DNA of 64,000 bases from Eledone cirrhosa (taxonomy: Eukaryota), in NCBI GenBank assembly GCA_964016885.1, contig OZ024765.1, forward strand, positions 2,108,001-2,172,000, given 5' to 3'. Numbering within the stretch: the first letter of the stretch is position 1; every line of letters begins with the position of its first letter. The translations under genes and the position numbers were made by a program. The notes beneath the pieces were generated by a model. That model was not told the origin of the DNA. It searched no databases and worked only from the letters and a program-made list of their open reading frames with translations. This document shows positions 42,811 to 56,648 of this stretch, piece by piece.

Positions 42811-43012
42811 TCACTTAATTAAACACACTCTCAGACATATATATATATATACACTCACTTAAATTTAATTATATATCTATACAAACATGTAGATGTCATT
42901 ACATAATTCTTTGTGTGAATGGGTACACACACGTGTGTGTGTACCCATGTGTGTGTGTCAGAGTGAGTGTGTGAATGTGCGTGTTATTATATATATGTGT
43001 GTTAGTGTGTTT

Positions 43013-43048
<36 letters not shown>

Positions 43049-43073
43049 GCTCAGTCCCTTGGGCATGTGTATG

Positions 43074-43144
<71 letters not shown>

Positions 43145-43228
43145 GCTACACATTTATATATTGATGTAAATATATATACATATATATATGCATATATATA
43201 TATAAAATATATATACATACATGTATTT

Positions 43229-43280
<52 letters not shown>

Positions 43281-43344
43281 TATGTATATATATATATACA
43301 TATACATATATATATGTATATATACGACATATATATTTATATAC

Positions 43345-43375
<31 letters not shown>

Positions 43376-43496
43376 CATTTATATATATATATATACATTT
43401 ATATATATATACATATGTATATATACATATATACATGACATATATATATATACATATATACATATGTATATATACATATATATATATACATACCTA

Positions 43497-43562
<66 letters not shown>

Positions 43563-43794
43563 GAGGTTATATTTAATTTGTTGGGATTCAACAATCTTAA
43601 ACAATTTTATAACTGATATAAAGCACTCAACAGTTTAGTGGAGTAAATACACAATATATTAATAAATGGAAACTATATTTATAAAGCCATAATTATTTTA
43701 TTTTATTTTATTTTATTTTATTTATCCAGGAAGCTCCAAGCGTTCAGGTTGTCTTTTTCCGTGTATGTCAATATTTATTTATAAAACAAATCTG

Positions 43795-43860
43795 TATTTT
43801 ATCTGATGAAAGCGCACCATAATTTGCCTTGGTTGCCCTTGAAATATGTATAACAAAATA
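43795..43860 (+). ncRNA. Type I hammerhead ribozyme (family E)
   Basis: Near-copy of 31547-31612 with stem III UAUGUA; inside head-to-head element 43559-43897. Confidence 0.72.
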
Positions 43861-43891
43861 AATATGGTTTTATAAATATAGTTTCCATTTA

Positions 43892-43948
<57 letters not shown>

Positions 43949-44096
43949 GTACATACACACTCGTTTATGCATGTATGGATCTACATATCTGCTTGTACAT
44001 ACATACACACACACATATATATATATATGTGTATATATGTGTGTCATATGTGTATATATGTATATATATATATATGTATATCTCTATGTCTGTATG

Positions 44097-44127
<31 letters not shown>

Positions 44128-44334
44128 GCGCATAGCTGGAATGTGTTGACCTTCCAAAGTGTGGTTTTTAATGTTACGTAGAGTGTATGAAGTGGTGGAA
44201 ATATGGCGGACACGACATTATCCCTGACCACGTGACCATCTAATAATATTACAAACAACTGGATAATAGATGGACGTTGGTGTATATATAGCAACATGTC
44301 TATTGAAGTGGTGTGGTCAAAATATCACCAATTG

Positions 44335-44419
<85 letters not shown>

Positions 44420-44562
44420 TTGTGCATGTATGTATGTATTTATGTATGTGTGTGTATACAATAATAATAATGAAAATATTGCGTACAGTGCTGAGGTGCA
44501 ATACAACTCATCAAAAATGTATGTATCTATCTATTTCTCTCTGTATATACTCATCTAAACAT

Positions 44563-44610
<48 letters not shown>

Positions 44611-44615
<5 letters not shown>

Positions 44616-44690
44616 AACGAGTAGGACCCCGACGGCTGAGCTCAAGCCGTTTCGACGGCTAATTGTGGACCCGAATTCTGAGTCCAGTTA
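44611..44690 (-). mobile_element. Family A short arm
   Basis: ataggaacgagtaggaccccgacggctgagctcaagccgtttcgacggctaatt directly after (TA)n. Confidence 0.7.
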
Positions 44691-44872
44691 AAATCCAAAT
44701 TCAATAAACAGACCAGGATTTTTTCATTCTGAGGATTGAAAGCAAAATTTTTTTGCTTTTAAGAAACCACTGGTAAATGGAATAATTGCCTTATGTTGTT
44801 TATTACATAACTATTAAGCTCTGTTACCTACATAGAGCACTCTTCTTTCCTGGACTTTTCCGACGGAATTAC

Positions 44873-44960
<88 letters not shown>

Positions 44961-45022
44961 CGTATATATATATATGTATATACGTATATATATATATATA
45001 CGTATATATATATATAGATGAG

Positions 45023-45069
45023 ATTCTACAGGACTAGAACTGTTTCATTCTTGAGAATTCATCAGGAAT
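45023..45069 (-). ncRNA. Type I hammerhead ribozyme (family B)
   Basis: AUUC-CUGAUGA-AUUC ucaa GAAU-GAAA-CAG uucuaguc CUG-UA-GAAU; all three stems pair; inside element 45014-45180. Confidence 0.85.
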
Positions 45070-45540
45070 GAAACAGTTCTAGTCCTGTAGAATCTCATCT
45101 ATATTAAAACTTTTATACTCTGCTATGTATTGAGTACCTTACTTACTGTGGTTACCTCCGACTCAACCCGGAATAACTTCTTCTCTCCAGGTTTGAATAG
45201 AACAGATTTCGTCCATGGAAGGATAGAGGGTTAGAGAATGGAAGTGAGAAAGTGATATAGAAGAAGACTCGACCCCAGTGTTTGACTGGTACATTTTAAA
45301 AAATCAACTTTGAATTAATAAAATGCAAAGTTTACCTCTGCGAGAGTTGAACTCAGAGATCAGAGGATATAAGAGATGTAGAGATTATCTTTGTGTATAG
45401 AGATTCAATAGCGATTATCTTTGTGTATTAGGTCGTCAAGTACGAAATCTGTAGAAATTTGTAGACAAAAAAAAAACCCAAACAATTTTCTACAAATTTC
45501 ATACTTGACAACCCAATGTCTCAGTTGCCATGTTTACAAG

Positions 45541-46100
45541 ATGTCGTGTGATATCCTTGTGACATTATCCATCTATACCCCAGTTCACTTATATTTCAGA
45601 CTGTTGCGTGTGATATCCTTGTGACATTATCCATCTATACCCCAGTTCACTTATATTTCAGACTGTCGTGTGTGATATCCTCATAATATCCTCTATATTA
45701 TTCCTGTATATCGGAGTTTACTTATATTTCAGTGTGTCCTGTGTGATATCCTTCTAATATCCTTTATATTATCCCTCTATATCACAGTTCACCAATATTT
45801 CAGGGTATCTCGTGTGATATCCCTATATCTCACATTTCATTTATATTTCATGGTGTCTTGTGTGATATCCCTCTACGTGACAGTTCATCTATATTTCATA
45901 GCGTCTGTATGATATGCTTCACGGTCACACTTCGCCAACATATCAGCGTGTCACGTGTGCTATCCTTGTATATAACACCTCACCTATATTTCATTACACC
46001 ATATATGATATCAGCTCTATGCTATCCTGTATATACTCGGTTCACCTATTTTGTAGTATTGCCTGTGTGATATCCTCGTGCTATTCTCTACCATATCAGT
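45541..46100. repeat. Degenerate tandem repeat (gtgtgatatcc...gttcacttatatttca)
   Basis: About 9 diverged units of 45-70 bp. Confidence 0.7.
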
Positions 46101-46215
46101 CGGTTCAGCTATCTTTCAGAAAAACATACCAGCAGAACCTTACGAGAAACTTACCTTTCATAAATAGGCTAGGGCCTTGTTCGGGGCGGCGAATTCTTTC
46201 TCTCATCTATTCTTG

Positions 46216-46340
<125 letters not shown>

Positions 46341-46438
46341 GGGAAGAAAGAGGAAAACTGCATGGTTGCACTTGGGTTACATATTATAAAATGAGTCCCT
46401 CATCAGTGATTTGCCAACCATCATTGGTATTTCATCGC

Positions 46439-46470
<32 letters not shown>

Positions 46471-46475
<5 letters not shown>

Positions 46476-46858
46476 AACAAGTAGGACCCCGACGGCTGAG
46501 CTCAAGCCGTTTCGACGGCTAATTCTGGACTAGCCGTCGAAACGGCTTGAGCTCAGCCGTCGGGGTCTTACTTGTTCCTATTACCCACTCTACTACCCTA
46601 AGTATTGAGTACTTTGGTACGTTATGGTCCATCTGGTTCCTTACCACATTTCCTTCGTTATATATATATAACGAAGGAAATGTGGTAAGGAACCAGGTGG
46701 ACCATAACGCACGAAATTACTCAATACTTGGGGTAGTAGAGTAGGTAATAGGAACCAGTAAGACCCCGACGGCTGAGCTCAAGCCGTTTCGACGGCTAAT
46801 TCAGTCCAGAATTAGCCGTCGAAACGGCTTGAGCTCAGCTGTCGGGGTCTTACTTGTT

Positions 46859-46862
<4 letters not shown>
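46471..46862. mobile_element. Two family A insertions, tail to tail
   Basis: 46471-46660 and 46668-46862 separated by a short (TA)n, forming a nested larger palindrome. Confidence 0.8.
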
Positions 46863-46897
<35 letters not shown>

Positions 46898-46901
<4 letters not shown>

Positions 46902-47518
46902 GCTGGCCTTGTGCCAAAAGGAGAAACAATTATTATTTACATTCTGAGTTCAAATCCCGCCGAGGTTAACTTTGCCTTTCATCCTTACGGGGTCGATAAA
47001 ATAAAGTACCAGTAATACACTGGAGTAATTGCTGGCCTTGTGCCAGAAGTAGAAACAACTATAATATTATTAATAGTAATAAATGGTAAATATCACTAAG
47101 GCATCATATTTATTTTATTATACGTATTTCAAGGATACCAAATTATGGTATGCTTTCATCAGATAAACTACAACGTTTGATGTATAAGATAGTGACATAC
47201 CCGAGATATAAACCTTCATCTTCGGCTTACAGGGGACATGTGGAGCAACAACTCCAAATGTGACAAGGTATACCTTAGCAGGGATATATGTATATATCCC
47301 TGTTAAGGTATAGCTCGTGAAATTTGAGTGAATTTTTCCATCTATTGTTATTAATAGTTGTTTCTACTTTTGGTACAAGGCCAGCAATTACCCAGTGTAT
47401 TACTGGTACTTTATTTTATCGACCCCGTAAGGATGAAAGGAAAAGTTAACCTCAGTGGGATTTGAACTTAGACCGTAAGGAACCGTACTCTATGCTGCAA
47501 AGCATGGCGTCCGACCCT
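46898..47518. mobile_element. Two family 1 SINE copies in inverted orientation
   Basis: 46898-47060 (+) and 47357-47518 (-). Confidence 0.8.
47114..47167 (-). ncRNA. Type I hammerhead ribozyme (family E-like)
   Basis: UUUAU-CUGAUGA-AAG.AUACCA uaauu UGGUAU.CUU-GAAA-UACGUA-UA-AUAAA; a 5' half of a related copy lies at 61141-61200. Confidence 0.75.
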
Positions 47519-48084
47519 CATAATGCTGGCATGATCGTAAGAGTTGCTATTCTTGTTGCTGTGTACATATTGATGGCGTTCCAAATTACTGTTGTGGCTT
47601 GGAGCATAGCTCCAAAAGGGACTGGGAAAGTGTTTCTGTCCTGTGTTCACCGAAAGGTGGCGTTTTAGAAGGTCCTTCCGGCAGAAGTTGCGACAAACAA
47701 TACATTAAAATTGAGAAAATAAAGATAAAAATAAAAAAATAAATTAAAAAATAATAATAACCAACGCAAAACAGGAAACAACATTAAAATTTTGAATTTT
47801 AAAATGACTGACTGGGGGGAAAAAATTTAAAAAAAACGAAAAAAATTTTACATCACGTGATTGATGATGATAATTGTTTTTTTCTTTCATTTTTTTTTCT
47901 TTTTTTTTGTTAAAGTTTGTTTTAGTTCACATTTTTTTTTTTTTAATCTCTCCTTCGTCCTCGTTTGAATTCTTCGGAATAGTCCATAGTCCAAGAGTTT
48001 TAAAGGGGGACAAACTTCCACACAGGTATTCGTTTTAGTTCTTACTCCTGTTGCTCTGTGTGTATATATGTGTGTGTATGTGTG

Positions 48085-48140
<56 letters not shown>

Positions 48141-48263
48141 TATATATATATACATATATATATATATAGATATATATATATATACATACATATATATATA
48201 TATGTATATGTATATATACAAACACACATACAAACACACGTATATATATATATATAAATATAC

Positions 48264-48298
<35 letters not shown>

Positions 48299-48429
48299 TA
48301 TATATATATACATACATATATATATAGATATATATATATACATACATATATATATATATGTATATGTATATATACAAACACACATACAAACACACGTATA
48401 TATATATATATATATACGTATATTTATAT

Positions 48430-48462
<33 letters not shown>

Positions 48463-48471
48463 CGTATATAT

Positions 48472-48508
<37 letters not shown>

Positions 48509-48569
48509 CGTATATATATATACGTATATTTATATATACACACATATATATATATATGTACAAACACAC

Positions 48570-48611
<42 letters not shown>

Positions 48612-48680
48612 GAACACGGTTTTGTTTTGTCAGTTAGTTATTTTTGATAATTTTTTCAGTGTTAATATTATTATTATTAT

Positions 48681-48730
<50 letters not shown>

Positions 48731-49747
48731 TTTTTTTTCTTCATAGATTTAAATTTTATTTTTTTTTATAAGAAAGTCCCATTGCATCATATATTTTTTA
48801 ATAGTTTTTTTTTTATAGGTTTCGGAGGTGAATTTTTCTTTTTCTTTTTGTTCAATGAAAAAACTTGTTCAAGTGTTGAATGAGAGTTAGTCTGATAGGT
48901 GAATGAAAAGTTCTTTATGGTGGGTGAAGGGTGGAGGAACGCAGGCGTGAGCACATTTTTATGGTATGTATGTATATATGTTCGTATATATGTATATATA
49001 TATATATATATATGTATTTATATATATGTATATGTGTATGTTTATATATATGTGTATATATATATATATATATAGGTATATTTATTTGTATATATGTGTA
49101 TATATATATATATGTCTATATATGTATATATATATGTGTATATATGTATATATATATATGCCTATATATGTGTATATATATGAGTGTATATTTGTATATA
49201 TATGTGTGTGTATATGTGTATATATATATATGTATATATGTATGTACATATATATGTTTGTATATATATACGTGTATATATATATTTATATGTATATATA
49301 TATATGTATATATTTATATGTATATATATGTATACATAAATATGTATATATGTATATATATATATATATTTGTGTATATATATATCTGTGTATATATACA
49401 TGTATATATATATATATACTTTTTCTCTCTGTACATATATGTGTGGTGGTGGTGGTGGTATAAGTTTTTACTTTCTTTTAAATCTGAAATTGTGCTTGAG
49501 TCAGGGTTTAAGTTCGAATCTGGAGTTTGTTCGTTTGTAAAAAGTTTTTATCTTTGAATTTGACTGAGTGAGGAATTTCTTTGGAGTTTAGCTGGGCCGA
49601 GTGAGAGTTCTTTGGTTGAGTGAGGGTTTCTTTGGAGTTTAGCTGAATGAGTGACACTTTGGAGTTTAGCTGAGTGAAGACTTAAAAAATTTTGCTGAGC
49701 GAAGAGGTTTGGTTATATATATATATATATATATTCATACATATATA

Positions 49748-49817
<70 letters not shown>

Positions 49818-49888
49818 TATATATATACATACATATACATATATACATATGTATATATATACATATATATATGTATATATATGCATAC

Positions 49889-49921
<33 letters not shown>

Positions 49922-50140
49922 TATATGTGAGTGTATGTATGCATATATATGCATGTTTGTGTATATGCACACATCTATATTTTTATATATAAATACATGT
50001 GTGTATGTATATATGTATAAACACACATATATGTATGTATACATATATACACACCCACGCACACACACACACAGACATACACATATATATATATATGGAC
50101 ATACATCTATATATATACCCATACACGCCCATACACACAT

Positions 50141-50171
<31 letters not shown>

Positions 50172-50459
50172 CATACATATATACCCATATACACACACAT
50201 GAATCTAAAGTAAATGCACATAGCTAAATGACTTGTCGTTTTTTTAATATTGTGGTTTGCACACACACACACACGCACACACGCACACACACATACGCCC
50301 ACACACCCACATATACACACCTCTTTATTTTTATACATACATTCACTGCATGTGTATATATGTGTGTGTGTATATGTTTGAGCAGATGTATCATTGAAGA
50401 GGTAGTTAATAATGCGACCTTGGTAACAACATACAATAATAATAACAATAAAAATAATG

Positions 50460-50685
50460 ATTTCTGATTTCGGAACAAGGCCAGCAATTTGGGGGTGTGG
50501 TGGGTGGTGGTGGTGGTGGGGAGGGGGGAAGTCGATTAAATCGACCCCAGTGTGTTACTGGTACTTTATTTTATCGACTCCGTAAGGATGAAAGGTAACG
50601 CTAACTTTGGCAGGATTTGAACTCAGATCGTAAAGAGACGTGACTATGCCGCAAAGCATGTTATCCAATGCTCTACCGATTCTAC
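50460..50685 (-). mobile_element. tRNA-derived SINE, family 1
   Basis: ggatttgaactcag (reverse B box), ctggtactttattttatcgac body. Confidence 0.8.
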
Positions 50686-51061
50686 TTCCCTGTCACCGTT
50701 AAAGCAAATATATGCTGTTATCCTAACAGTTTAAAATATATAAAAGGGAAAATGATGACAAGTTAAACATAGAATGTAACGTTTTACACAGAAAATTCCA
50801 ACATGATATTTCGAGGTTAAAATCCCCTTTTCGAATGTGAAACGGAGACGGTTCCGTTTAATATTTGAAAAGAGGATTTTAACTTTGAAATATACTGTGT
50901 AAAACATTACATTGTTTTGAAACAGCGAGCAAGTTTTGAAATTTGTTAGAAATAAAAGCTTTCGCCGTATTTTTGACTAAAGAAATTTTAGCCTGATAGT
51001 GCTAAACATGGAAAAGGATGATTATTGACATCCTTTTCCATTTTTAGAGGGCTTTTAATGA

Positions 51062-51205
51062 AGGCGCATGGCTTAGTGGTTAGAGCATTGGGCTTGCAAT
51101 CGAAAGGTTATGAGTTCGATTCTCGGACCGGGTGATGTGTTGGGTCTTTGAGCAGAACACTTTATTTCACGTTCCTCAAGTTTACTCAGCTGTAGAAATG
51201 AGTTG
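51062..51205 (+). mobile_element. tRNA-derived SINE, family 2
   Basis: Homologous to 26101-26245; B box GAGTTCGATTC. Confidence 0.8.
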
Positions 51206-52159
51206 CGATTCTGCCAAATCAATAGGTGGCAGTAGTTCCAGCTGCACACATCGAAAGACTGGTGTAGTGGTTCTGAGAACAATGCGGCTTTGCAGATGAT
51301 TAATGTAAATTGACAATGGAAAGGCGCTCCCGCTCGAGTTAGAAGAGAACTATTGACCCTCAGGAGAAGCAGTGACCCCTGATAGTACACTAAATCCAAT
51401 GCTCCTAGGGACGGCCCTGGTTTTTTCTTATTTGCGAGTGTAAACTCGGCCTGATTAGATTAGATAGATTAAACCCCACTATGAGGCTAACATTTCTTTA
51501 GTCAAAAATACGGCGAAAGCTTCCATTTGTCACAAATTATTTCAATCTTTGTTTTATGTCATCCTTCGCCCTTTTATATATTCTCAGCGGTTTTTTTTTT
51601 TATATATATATAACTGTTCTATTTCCCATTTGAGAAGGGGATATTAGCCCTGAAATATATTAAAATATACTGGGAGGTAAATCATTACATTGTTTTAATT
51701 TATTTGTCATTCTTTACCCTTTATATATTTTTACCATATTGTACTGGCTTTTTGACACTTATCAGTCCTCTATATATTTAAGCAGTTCTAGTGTATCTTC
51801 TTAATGGCTAAAGTGGCTGTCCCAGGCAGAGATTATCTAGAAAAAATATTTCTAAAATGTGTAAGGGGAGATAACAACGGATTGTAAACGGAAGAATTCC
51901 AAACACACCTGTGAAACAAAGGAATGAAAAAAAAAACATATGAAATAAAGCGTCTTATTTTGGCAAAAGATCTGGAATTGAAATGGTGGTGGTGCTAATG
52001 GTGGTGATGGTGGTGTGGTGGTGGGGTGATGGTGGTGGTGGGGTGATGATAGTTAGGCCTGTTTTGTGGTGTTTGTGATGGGGTGATGGTATAATAATTA
52101 TTTTTATTATTGGTGTTGCAACGTCCCTCATTGCTCACCATTGTGCCTAAATCAAAAAC

Positions 52160-52226
<67 letters not shown>

Positions 52227-52347
52227 GTTGTTGTTGTTGTTGTTCTTGCTTGTATATTTGTTGTTGTTGGTTGTATGTTTGTTGTTGTTTATATATATAT
52301 ATATTTATATGAATATATGTTTGTATGTTTGTTTGTGTACTGCACAA

Positions 52348-52947
52348 CTACCAAGTCCTTCCATTCAAGATGTAGGGTGATGTGCCGTTTAGGCTGGTGT
52401 TTGCGAACGCTAGTCCGTGATGTAGGTGAGATTGTGACATGCTTCCTGGGTTCAAACCGCCCGCTCCCCCGAGGCCTCCCCCATTCGTGTGCTGTTGCTG
52501 GAGTTTCGACACGTGCTGCGGTATCTGCAGCGAACCGCTTCCGCCGCCGCCGCCCGACGAAACGCCGCCGCCGGAACTCGAGTTGTTCACTTGGTGTCCC
52601 ACGTGACCGCCCCCTCCGCCACCTCCTCCTCCTCCTCCGCCGCCGCCGCCGCCGCCGCCGACACCACCTCCTCCTCCTCCCGAGCCTTGCTGTTGCTGCT
52701 GTTGCTGGTTGCCGCCGCTGTTGTTGTGACATGGCGAGTTGTCTCCGCCGCTGCCTGACGTGCACGGTTTGCCGTCCTTGACCAGGACGGGTACTGCCAC
52801 TCGTCGCGGTGACGACTGACAGCGGTTCCCTGTCGACTGTTGTTGACTTTGACTACTTTGTTGTACCTGGTTCTGTTGTTCCATTTTTTCCTTGTCTTTC
52901 TGCTGACGTTTACACTTGTAACGATGGTTCTGGAACCAGATTTTTAC
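52348..52947 (-). CDS. NKX2-1: NK2.1/NKX2-1-like homeobox gene, last coding exon
   Basis: Acceptor ttcAG at 52949-52948, then 600 nt in frame: [15 protein letters not shown] (NK2-class Tyr54), NK2-specific domain [17 protein letters not shown], Gln/Gly tracts, C-terminus LNGRTW-stop like the GRTW end of NKX2-1. Confidence 0.95.
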   Translation of the reverse strand, partial: VKIWFQNHRYKCKRQQKDKEKMEQQNQVQQSSQSQQQSTGNRCQSSPRRVAVPVLVKDGKPCTSGSGGDNSPCHNNSGGNQQQQQQQGSGGGGGGVGGGGGGGGGGGGGGGGGGHVGHQVNNSSSGGGVSSGGGGGSGSLQIPQHVSKLQQQHTNGGGLGGAGGLNPGSMSQSHLHHGLAFANTSLNGTSPYILNGRTW

Positions 52948-53034
52948 CTGAACAACACAATTGGTAAAGAGAAATTAAACAGATTAAATAGAAATTGTAA
53001 AAGTAGTAGTAGTGGTGGTGGTGGTAGTAGCAAC

Positions 53035-53065
<31 letters not shown>

Positions 53066-54004
53066 CAGCAATAGTAGTAGTAGTAGTAGTAGTAGTAACA
53101 CCAGTAGTAGTAGCAGTAGCAGCAGTAGTAACAGCAGCAGTAGTAGCAGTAGTAGTAGTAGTAGTAGCAGTAGTAGTAGTAGTAGCAGCAGTAGTAATAG
53201 TAGCAGTAGTAGTAGTAGTAGTAGCAGCAGTAGTAGCAGTAGCAGCAGCAGTAGTAGTAGTAGTAGTAACAGTAGCAGTAGTAGTAGTAGTAGCAGTAGT
53301 AGTAGTAGCAGCAGTAACAGTAGTAGTAGTAGCAGCAGTAACAGTAACAGTAGTAGCAGCAGCAGTAGTAGCAGTAGTAGTAGTAGTAGCAGCAGTAGTA
53401 GTAGTAGTAGCAGCAGTAGTAGTAGTAGTAGCAGCAGCAGTAGTAGCAGTAGTAGTAGTAGCAGCAGCAGTAGCAGTAGTAGTAACAGTAGTAGTAGTAG
53501 CATTAGCAGTAGTAGCAGCAGTAGTAGTAGTAGCAGCAGTAGTAGTAGTAGTAACAGTAGTAGTAGTAGCAGTAGCAGTAGTAGAGGTGTGAGAGTCAAC
53601 TGTGATATGTAGTAATGACTGAAAGGATTGTCAACGACGCCATTTTTGTTTGATCGTCCACGGTGACTTCTCTGAGTCAATCTCTAAGTACACACAATAT
53701 ATATACATTATATACACACTGTATATACACAATATACACACTGTATATACATATTATATACACACACTATATCTACATACACACAGTATATACATTTATT
53801 ATATATACACAGTATATCCACACTCTATTTACATATTATATACATACTATATATACACATTATATATACATACACATTTTATACACTCTATTTTTCATAT
53901 ATACACACTGTATATATATATATATACATACCCAGTATATACACTATATATATATATATAGTGTATATGCAAACAGTATATACGTATATACACACATATG
54001 CACA

Positions 54005-54043
<39 letters not shown>

Positions 54044-54049
54044 GTATAA

Positions 54050-54106
<57 letters not shown>

Positions 54107-54199
54107 GTATAAATGTATATACATATATATATAGTATATACATAAACACACATACACACACTCACACATATATCAGGATCTACCAACATGGTGGTCTGC

Positions 54200-54910
54200 A
54201 AGTGTCTAGTACTGTAATCGAAATCCCCAATAGGGGCGGAACGCTACTGCGGGGTTGTTTTACACCCCGTGGATAGAACAACCCTCAACACCAGGAACAC
54301 GTTTTGTAGGTGTTCCTGTCTTCCCTCTGTTTATCTTCCTCAATTGACAAGGTTTATATACAGAGTTTATATACAGAGAAGGCCCATTCACTCGGGCTAT
54401 TTTCGCGACATTCACCCACCTTTCAGCGAATTTACTGGGGTGTAGCACCTCTCTCTCCACTCTCACCTTCCTTCTTAAGTGGTACTTAAAGAAGGGGATG
54501 AGTTGTTGTTCGAAGAGAAAGGTGTTTGAATAATTCCACAGGTCGGTCATCCCTGGGCACTGAACAATTGCGTGCAGAACGGTTTCGATGTCCTGCCCGC
54601 ATCTTGGACAGGTCCTTTTGGCAGGATCTCTGTCAGGGCGTCCGTGCCTGTAGATTTTGTCTCGAACTGGTAGAGCTCCTCGGTAGCACTTCCAGGCCAG
54701 AGACCCCTGCAAGTTATCCATAGGCCCTGGACGGAAAGTCCTCCCGAACAGACTGGTCAGTTCGTCCTCCTCCATGCCTAGAGTTACCCCGAGAACGTCG
54801 TCACACTTATCCTCGACTGATCCCCTATAGAATGTCGAAGTGGAGTCTCCGCTGATTGCCGTTTCCGCTTGGTAGAGAGTTGCGAGCGCCTGAAGGGACT
54901 CGAGGTGAAG
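54200..54910 (-). mobile_element. L1/Tx1-like LINE 3' fragment (zf-RVT CCHC)
   Basis: LAWKCYRGALPVRDKIY..CPRCGQDIETVLHAIVQCP. Confidence 0.75.
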
Positions 54911-55071
54911 ATAGATAGATAGGTAGATAGATAGGCAGATAGATAGGTAGATATATTTCTTTATTTGTCACAAGGGCGCACAAGAAAAGGGGGCAAAACA
55001 AAGACACATAGATAGATAGATTAGATAGGCACATAGATAGTCTGCGTATCCTTATATATATATATATATAT

Positions 55072-55268
55072 ATAACGAAGGAAGTGTGTTAAGGAACCAG
55101 GTGGACCATTTCGCACCAGAGTACTCAATACTTAGGGTAGTAGAGTAGGTGATAGGAAAATGTTCAAGACCCCGACTGCAGAGCTCAAGCGGTTTCGACG
55201 ACTATTTCCATCGAAACGGCTTGAGCTTGAGCTTGAGCTCTGCCGTCGGGGTCTTGAACATTTCCCTA
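55072..55268. mobile_element. Family A palindromic mini-insertion (NK2.1 intron)
   Basis: Same architecture with an internal GCTTGA triplication. Confidence 0.75.
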
Positions 55269-55594
55269 TATATATATATAACCTATGAAAGGCAGACTAT
55301 AGACACGATAATTAAAAATATAAATTAAAGCGTAAATAAATACCTCTATAGTTATAGAGGTATTTATTTACCCTTTAATTTATATGTTTAATTATCGTGT
55401 CTATAGTCTGCCTTTCATAGGTTATAGAGTCCATACACTGGTGGCTTTTCCCTGTATTATTGATAGCGCACTGTATATCTCTCTCTGGTGTGTTACCTTT
55501 TCAACATATTGTATTTTAAAGAGCTCAGGATCTCTTCTCCTTTGAACACATTATTTACAGGGAATGGCGAGGGCCCATGCCTCCGTTAATTTAT

Positions 55595-55652
<58 letters not shown>

Positions 55653-55656
<4 letters not shown>

Positions 55657-55849
55657 CGAAGAAAATGTGGTAAGGAACCAGGTGGAACATAACACACCAA
55701 AGTACTCAATACTTAGGGTAGTGGAGTGGGTAATAGGAACGAGTAGGACCCCGACGACTGAGCTCAAGCCGTTTCGACGGCTAATTCTGGACTCAGAATT
55801 AGCCGTCGAAACGGCTTGAGCTCAGCCGTCGGGGTCCTACTCGTTCCTA
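55653..55849. mobile_element. Family A palindromic mini-insertion next to the homeobox exon donor
   Basis: Arms ~55733-55790/55795-55849. Confidence 0.8.
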
Positions 55850-55874
55850 TATATATATATATATGCATACATAC

Positions 55875-56134
55875 CTGTGTTGGGGTCAAATTGATCATAC
55901 TGGCAAGATGTTCCCGTTCAGGGGCTGATAAATATTTCTGTTGTTTGAACCGACGTTCCAACTCGTAAACCTGTGCTTGAGAAAACAACACCCTCCGCTT
56001 CCGTCGTTGCGTTATGGGGAACTGGACACCGGGGGGCTTCTGGTCCAACCCTCCTAGCGCTGACATGTTCACATGGTTCATGGAGGTTTGCATGGGAGAC
56101 ATGGCGCACGAGCTGGTGCCCATAAGCCGCGATA
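55875..56134 (-). CDS. NKX2-1: NK2.1/NKX2-1-like homeobox gene, internal exon (SRLMG... to homeodomain residue 44)
   Basis: Translates [87 protein letters not shown], nearly identical to the NKX2-1 homeodomain. Acceptor tttgcAG (56136-56135, phase 1, matching the ISRFMG junction of NKX2-1); donor GTatgt at 55874 (phase 0). Confidence 0.95.
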
Positions 56135-56190
56135 CTGCAAATACACAATATATATTGTTATTATCATTTGACAGAATGTGGATTGTGGAT

Positions 56191-56648
56191 TCTTACGGGG
56201 TCGATACAATAAAGTACCAGTAATTTACTGCGGGTTGATTTAATCGACTTTCCCCCGCCCCTCAAAATTGCTGGCCCTGTGCCTATAGTAGAAATCAACA
56301 GCCCTTTATGGTCTGAGTTCAAATCCCGTCGAGGTTAACTTTACCTTCCATCCTTATGGGGTCGATAAAATAAAGTACCAGTAATACACTGGGGATGGAT
56401 TTAATAGACTTTCCCCCTCCCTCAAAATTGCTGGCCTTCAGCCTATAATAGGTAGAGGGTCGGACTAGGCCAGTAATTTGGGGGGAGAGGAAAGTTGATT
56501 AAATTAATCCCAGTGTATTACTGGTACTTTTTATCGACCTCGTAATGATGAAAGGCAAAGTTAACCTCGGCGGGATTTGAACTCAGAACGCAAAGGGCCG
56601 TGACTCTATGCTGAAAAGCATGGTGTCCGATGCTCTACCGATACGGCA
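56191..56648. mobile_element. Cluster of family 1 SINE copies in both orientations
   Basis: Plus copies 56191-56465; minus copy 56466-56648. Confidence 0.8.
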
